NCBI GenBank assembly: GCA_947593925.1
Contig: CANQDU010000007.1
Span: forward strand, 18,408 to 82,407
Length of the DNA stretch: 64,000 nt
Source: an uncultured Clostridia bacterium
Lineage (GTDB): Bacteria; Bacillota; Clostridia; Oscillospirales; JAAYOS01
Direction: 5' to 3'
This document shows, piece by piece, positions 60,922 through 64,000 of the stretch. Both the position numbers and the translations under genes were made by a program. Within the stretch, counting starts at the first letter, position 1. Each line of letters opens with the position of its first letter. The notes below the pieces were generated by a model. It was not told the DNA's origin and did not search any database. It saw only the letters and a program-made list of their open reading frames with translations.

Positions 60922-62691
60922 ATGGATATGGTAAATGTTAAAGTCAACGGCATTCCGGTATCGGTTCCCGCCGGTTCGACCGTTCTTGAGGCGGCAAACG
61001 CCGCCGGTGTGGATATCCCCACCCTCTGCTACATGAAGGAGATAAACGCCATCGGCGCCTGCCGTATGTGCGTTACCGAGGTCACCGGCGCGCGCGGACT
61101 TGTCGCCGCCTGCGTCTACCCCGTGGCCGAGGGCATGGAGATAAACACCAACTCGAAGAAGGCTTACGATGCGCGCAAGCGCACCCTCGAGCTCATTCTT
61201 TCCAATCACCGCATGGAGTGCACCACCTGCGCCCGCAGCCACAACTGCGAGCTGCAGAAGCTGGCAAACGAGTACGGCGTCAAGGAAGTCCGCTTCGGCG
61301 ACCCCGGCTCCCTCCAGCCGCAGATAGAGTGCTCGACCGCGCACCTCATCCGTGACAACAGCAAGTGCGTCCTCTGCCGCCGCTGCATGGCTGTCTGCAA
61401 CCACCTGCAGAGCGTGGCCGTCATCGGCGCGAGCGAGCGCGGCTTTGCCACCCACATCGGCAGCCCGTTTGACCGCGGACTCGGCGAGGTCGGCTGCATC
61501 AGCTGCGGCCAGTGCATCGCTGTCTGCCCGACCGGCGCCCTCACCGAGGTCGACGATACCGACAAGGTCTGGGCGGCGCTCGCCGATCCCACCAAGCACG
61601 TCGTCGTCGGCACCGCTCCCGCGGTCCGCGCCGCTCTCGGCGAGGAATTCGGCGAGAAGATAGGCACCAACGTCGAGGGCAAGATGGTCGCGGCTCTCCG
61701 CCGCCTCGGCTTCGACGGTGTGTTTGACGTCAACGCCGGCGCCGACCTCACCATCATGGAGGAGGCCAACGAGCTCGTCGAGCGCGTCAAGAACGGCGGC
61801 GTCCTGCCGATGATAACCTCTTGCTCGCCCGGATGGGTCCGCTTCTGCGAGCAGTACTTCCCGGAGTTCATCCCGAACCTTTCGACCTGCAAGAGCCCGC
61901 AGCAGATGTTCGGTGCGATGATGAAGAGCTACTATGCAAAGCAGGCCGGCATCGATCCGAAGGACATCTTCGTCGTCACCGCCATGCCCTGCACCGCGAA
62001 GAAGTACGAGATCCGCCGTCCCGACGAGGCGTCGGTTGACGGTCTGTGGGACATCGACGCGACCATCACCACCCGTGAGCTCGCGAAGATGATCCGCAAG
62101 GCCGGCATCAAGTTCGAGCGTCTGCCGGACGAGAAGTTCGACCCGGCGTTCGGCGACTTCACCGGTGCGGGCGTCATCTTCGGCGCTACCGGCGGCGTCA
62201 TGGAGGCCGCCCTCCGTACCGCCGTCGAGACTCTCACCGGAGAGGAGCTCAAGAAGCTCGACTTTACCGAGGTCCGCGGCGTCGCGGGCATCAAGGAAGC
62301 CAGCTATGAGGTCGCGGGCATGACCGTCAAGGTCGCCGTCGCGAGCGGCATGGCCAACGCCAAGGAGCTGCTCGAGCGCGTCAAGCGCGGCGAGGCCACC
62401 TATCACTTCATCGAGATAATGGGCTGCCCGGGCGGCTGCGTCAACGGCGGCGGTCAGCCGATCCAGCCCGGCAACGTCCGCAACTTCGTCGATCTGCGCG
62501 CCGAGCGCGCGAAGGCGCTCTACGCTCAGGACGCGGCTATGCCGATACGCAAGAGCCACGAGAGCCCGCTGATGAAGAAGGTCTATGCCGAGTACCTCGG
62601 CAAGCCCGGCAGCCACCTCGCGCACGAGCTGCTGCACACCAGCTACGCCAAGCGTTCGCGCTACCCCGGCCTCGAGGCCGAGAAGGCGTAA
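60922..62691 (+). CDS. hydA: [FeFe] hydrogenase catalytic subunit, M3-type architecture (HydA)
   Basis: 589 aa. N-terminal 2Fe-2S site, His-ligated 4Fe-4S site (HRMECTTCARSHNCELQ) and two 4Fe-4S ferredoxin motifs. H-domain motifs are L2 MPCTAKKYE and L3 EIMGCPGGCVNGGGQP. The L1 motif reads TSCSPGW, which is non-canonical. Confidence 0.9.
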   Translation: MDMVNVKVNGIPVSVPAGSTVLEAANAAGVDIPTLCYMKEINAIGACRMCVTEVTGARGLVAACVYPVAEGMEINTNSKKAYDARKRTLELILSNHRMECTTCARSHNCELQKLANEYGVKEVRFGDPGSLQPQIECSTAHLIRDNSKCVLCRRCMAVCNHLQSVAVIGASERGFATHIGSPFDRGLGEVGCISCGQCIAVCPTGALTEVDDTDKVWAALADPTKHVVVGTAPAVRAALGEEFGEKIGTNVEGKMVAALRRLGFDGVFDVNAGADLTIMEEANELVERVKNGGVLPMITSCSPGWVRFCEQYFPEFIPNLSTCKSPQQMFGAMMKSYYAKQAGIDPKDIFVVTAMPCTAKKYEIRRPDEASVDGLWDIDATITTRELAKMIRKAGIKFERLPDEKFDPAFGDFTGAGVIFGATGGVMEAALRTAVETLTGEELKKLDFTEVRGVAGIKEASYEVAGMTVKVAVASGMANAKELLERVKRGEATYHFIEIMGCPGGCVNGGGQPIQPGNVRNFVDLRAERAKALYAQDAAMPIRKSHESPLMKKVYAEYLGKPGSHLAHELLHTSYAKRSRYPGLEAEKA

Positions 62692-62715
62692 GCGTTCCGC
62701 AAACACATCACAACT

Positions 62716-62752
62716 GCTCCGGACGGTACAGCGTACCGTCCGGAGCTTTTTT
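62716..62752 (+). terminator. Intrinsic terminator after hydA
   Basis: GCTCCGGACGGTAC-agc-GTACCGTCCGGAGC (14-bp perfect stem) followed by TTTTTT. Confidence 0.85.
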
Positions 62753-62796
62753 GTTTGCCGATTTCGGGAGCGGCACAGAAAGCGGTCAAGTCGTTG

Positions 62797-62825
62797 TTGC
62801 ATTTTACGCGATACGGTGGTACAAT
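62797..62825 (+). promoter_or_regulatory. Putative promoter of the oligoendopeptidase gene
   Basis: TTGCAT-17 nt-TACAAT with an extended -10 TG (TGgTACAAT). Confidence 0.45.
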
Positions 62826-62873
62826 GATAAAGAATTTTGCGCGGGCGGGGCCCGCGTCGGGAGTGATATTGAG

Positions 62874-64000
62874 ATGGAGATGAAGAAGTTCGGCGAGCTG
62901 CCGTATGAACGGATACCGTTTGAGACTATCCGCGAGGATATGACCGCCGTGACGGAACGGCTCGCGAACGCCGAAAGCTACGAGGCGGCGCGGCAGGCGT
63001 TCCTCGACTATGAGAAGATAACGGCGCACGTCTCGACCGTGATGTCGATAGCGATGAACCGCTACCAGATAGACACGCGCGACCCGTTCTATTCCGGCGA
63101 GCGCGAATACTGGTCGTCGGTGAGCCCGAGGATAGGCGAGCTCCGCACGGACGCGACGAAGGCGCTCTACGCCTCGAAATTCCGCCCGGAGTTCGAGCGG
63201 GAGTTCGGCGCGCTGATGTTCAAAGATATGGAGATACAGATGCGGAGCTTCTCGCCCGAGCTGATACCCGGCCTTCAGGAGGAGAGCCGTCTCACAAACG
63301 AGTACGGCAAACTGATAGCCTCCGCGCAGATAGACTTTATGGGCGAAAAGCGGACACTTCCGCAGATGACGCCCTTCAAGACCTCGCCCGACGACGAGGT
63401 GCGCCGCGCCGCGTGGAACGCCGAGGGCGAGTGGTACAACGGGCACGGCGAGGAGCTTGACAGGATATACGACGAGCTTGTGAAGGTCCGCACGGACATG
63501 GCAAAGAAGCTCGGCCACAAGAACTTTGTCCCGCTCGGTTACGACCTGATGAACCGCAACAGCTACACCGAGCAGGACGTGGAGCGCTTCCGCGAGGCGG
63601 TCGTGAAGTACGTCGTTCCGGTGGCGTGCGAGGTGAAGAAGGCGCAGGCGGAGCGTATAGGCGCGAAGTTCCCGATGCTCATGAGCGACGAGGCGCTGTT
63701 CTTCCGCAGCGGCAACGCCCGTCCCGCCGGCAGTTCGGACGACATCCTCGCGCACGGCAAAAGAATGTACCACGAGATGAGCCCCGAGACGGCGGAGTTC
63801 GTGGACTTCCTCTACGGCTACGAGCTGATGGACGTCCTCTCCAAGCCGGGCAAGGCCGGCGGCGGACACTGCGCGACGCTGATGGAGTACGGCGCGCCGT
63901 TCATCTTCTCGAATTTCAACGGCACGCAGGGCGACGTCGAGGTCGTCACGCACGAGGCGGGGCACGCATTCGCCTCGTACATGGCGCGCGACATCGAGCC
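62874..64000 (+). CDS. M3 family oligoendopeptidase (PepF-like), 5' part; the ORF continues past the right edge
   Basis: Hand translation from the ATG at 62874 gives MEMKKFGELPYERIPFETIRED... and ends in ...VVTHEAGHAFASYMARDIE, which contains the HEXXH zinc motif. It is absent from the ORF track because no stop lies in the window. Confidence 0.8.
   Translation, partial: MEMKKFGELPYERIPFETIREDMTAVTERLANAESYEAARQAFLDYEKITAHVSTVMSIAMNRYQIDTRDPFYSGEREYWSSVSPRIGELRTDATKALYASKFRPEFEREFGALMFKDMEIQMRSFSPELIPGLQEESRLTNEYGKLIASAQIDFMGEKRTLPQMTPFKTSPDDEVRRAAWNAEGEWYNGHGEELDRIYDELVKVRTDMAKKLGHKNFVPLGYDLMNRNSYTEQDVERFREAVVKYVVPVACEVKKAQAERIGAKFPMLMSDEALFFRSGNARPAGSSDDILAHGKRMYHEMSPETAEFVDFLYGYELMDVLSKPGKAGGGHCATLMEYGAPFIFSNFNGTQGDVEVVTHEAGHAFASYMARDIE

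Noticed and set aside
57651-61022. A 1123-aa ORF on the minus strand spanning most of the hydrogenase operon
   Set aside because: - It is antisense to four well-supported genes with clear Fe-S, FMN and H-cluster motifs.
- Its composition is the Arg/Ala/Leu/Val/Asp-rich pattern of shadow ORFs.
- In a genome that avoids TTA, CTA and TCA codons, the in-phase antisense frame stays open, so ORF length is not evidence of coding.

Overview
High-GC chromosomal segment; hand counts on sample lines give about 65-72% GC in most genes. Gene content looks like Firmicutes/Clostridia, which is an inference from gene content, not a search result. I call 56 protein-coding features and found no rRNA, tRNA, CRISPR array, transposase or phage gene.

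Layout, left to right:
(1) A minus-strand aromatic amino acid operon: aroF, tyrA, aroB, aroA, aroC and chorismate mutase.
(2) A MATE exporter and a polysaccharide deacetylase.
(3) A small sugar or amino-sugar module: TIM-barrel isomerase-like, Gfo/Idh/MocA oxidoreductase, NagA-like, GNAT.
(4) A response regulator / ABC-2 transporter / histidine kinase operon.
(5) A MarR-controlled heterodimeric ABC exporter pair.
(6) Housekeeping genes: hflX, yigZ, a dGTPase-like gene, dnaG, rpoD, yebC, NUDIX.
(7) A glutaminase-like protein, an esterase and a DUF362 protein.
(8) A long minus-strand operon: alaS, DUF4250, HIT, comEC, holA, toprim.
(9) Two ABC importer modules, neither with a binding-protein gene.
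(10) A glycan/uronate locus: uxaC, two TIM-barrel proteins, an oxidoreductase, a large unclassified glycoside hydrolase and a GH2.
(11) metA.
(12) A HydABC-type [FeFe] hydrogenase operon with DRTGG and GHKL-ATPase accessory genes.
(13) A partial M3 oligoendopeptidase gene.

Most of the window is ordinary core genome. I do not see a clear novel multi-gene system such as a defence island. The observations most worth follow-up are:
- A 34-codon leader ORF upstream of the aro operon. Nine of 13 consecutive codons are Phe or Tyr, and a hand-paired antiterminator and a strong terminator follow it, which suggests classical ribosome-mediated attenuation.
- A HydA whose H-cluster L1 motif reads TSCSPGW instead of TSCCPxW.
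- Three intergenic clusters of many dissimilar GC-rich hairpins.
- Gfo/Idh/MocA plus TIM-barrel modules next to glycoside hydrolases.

All protein calls rest on motif and family recognition by eye. No database search, alignment or RNA-folding program was run.
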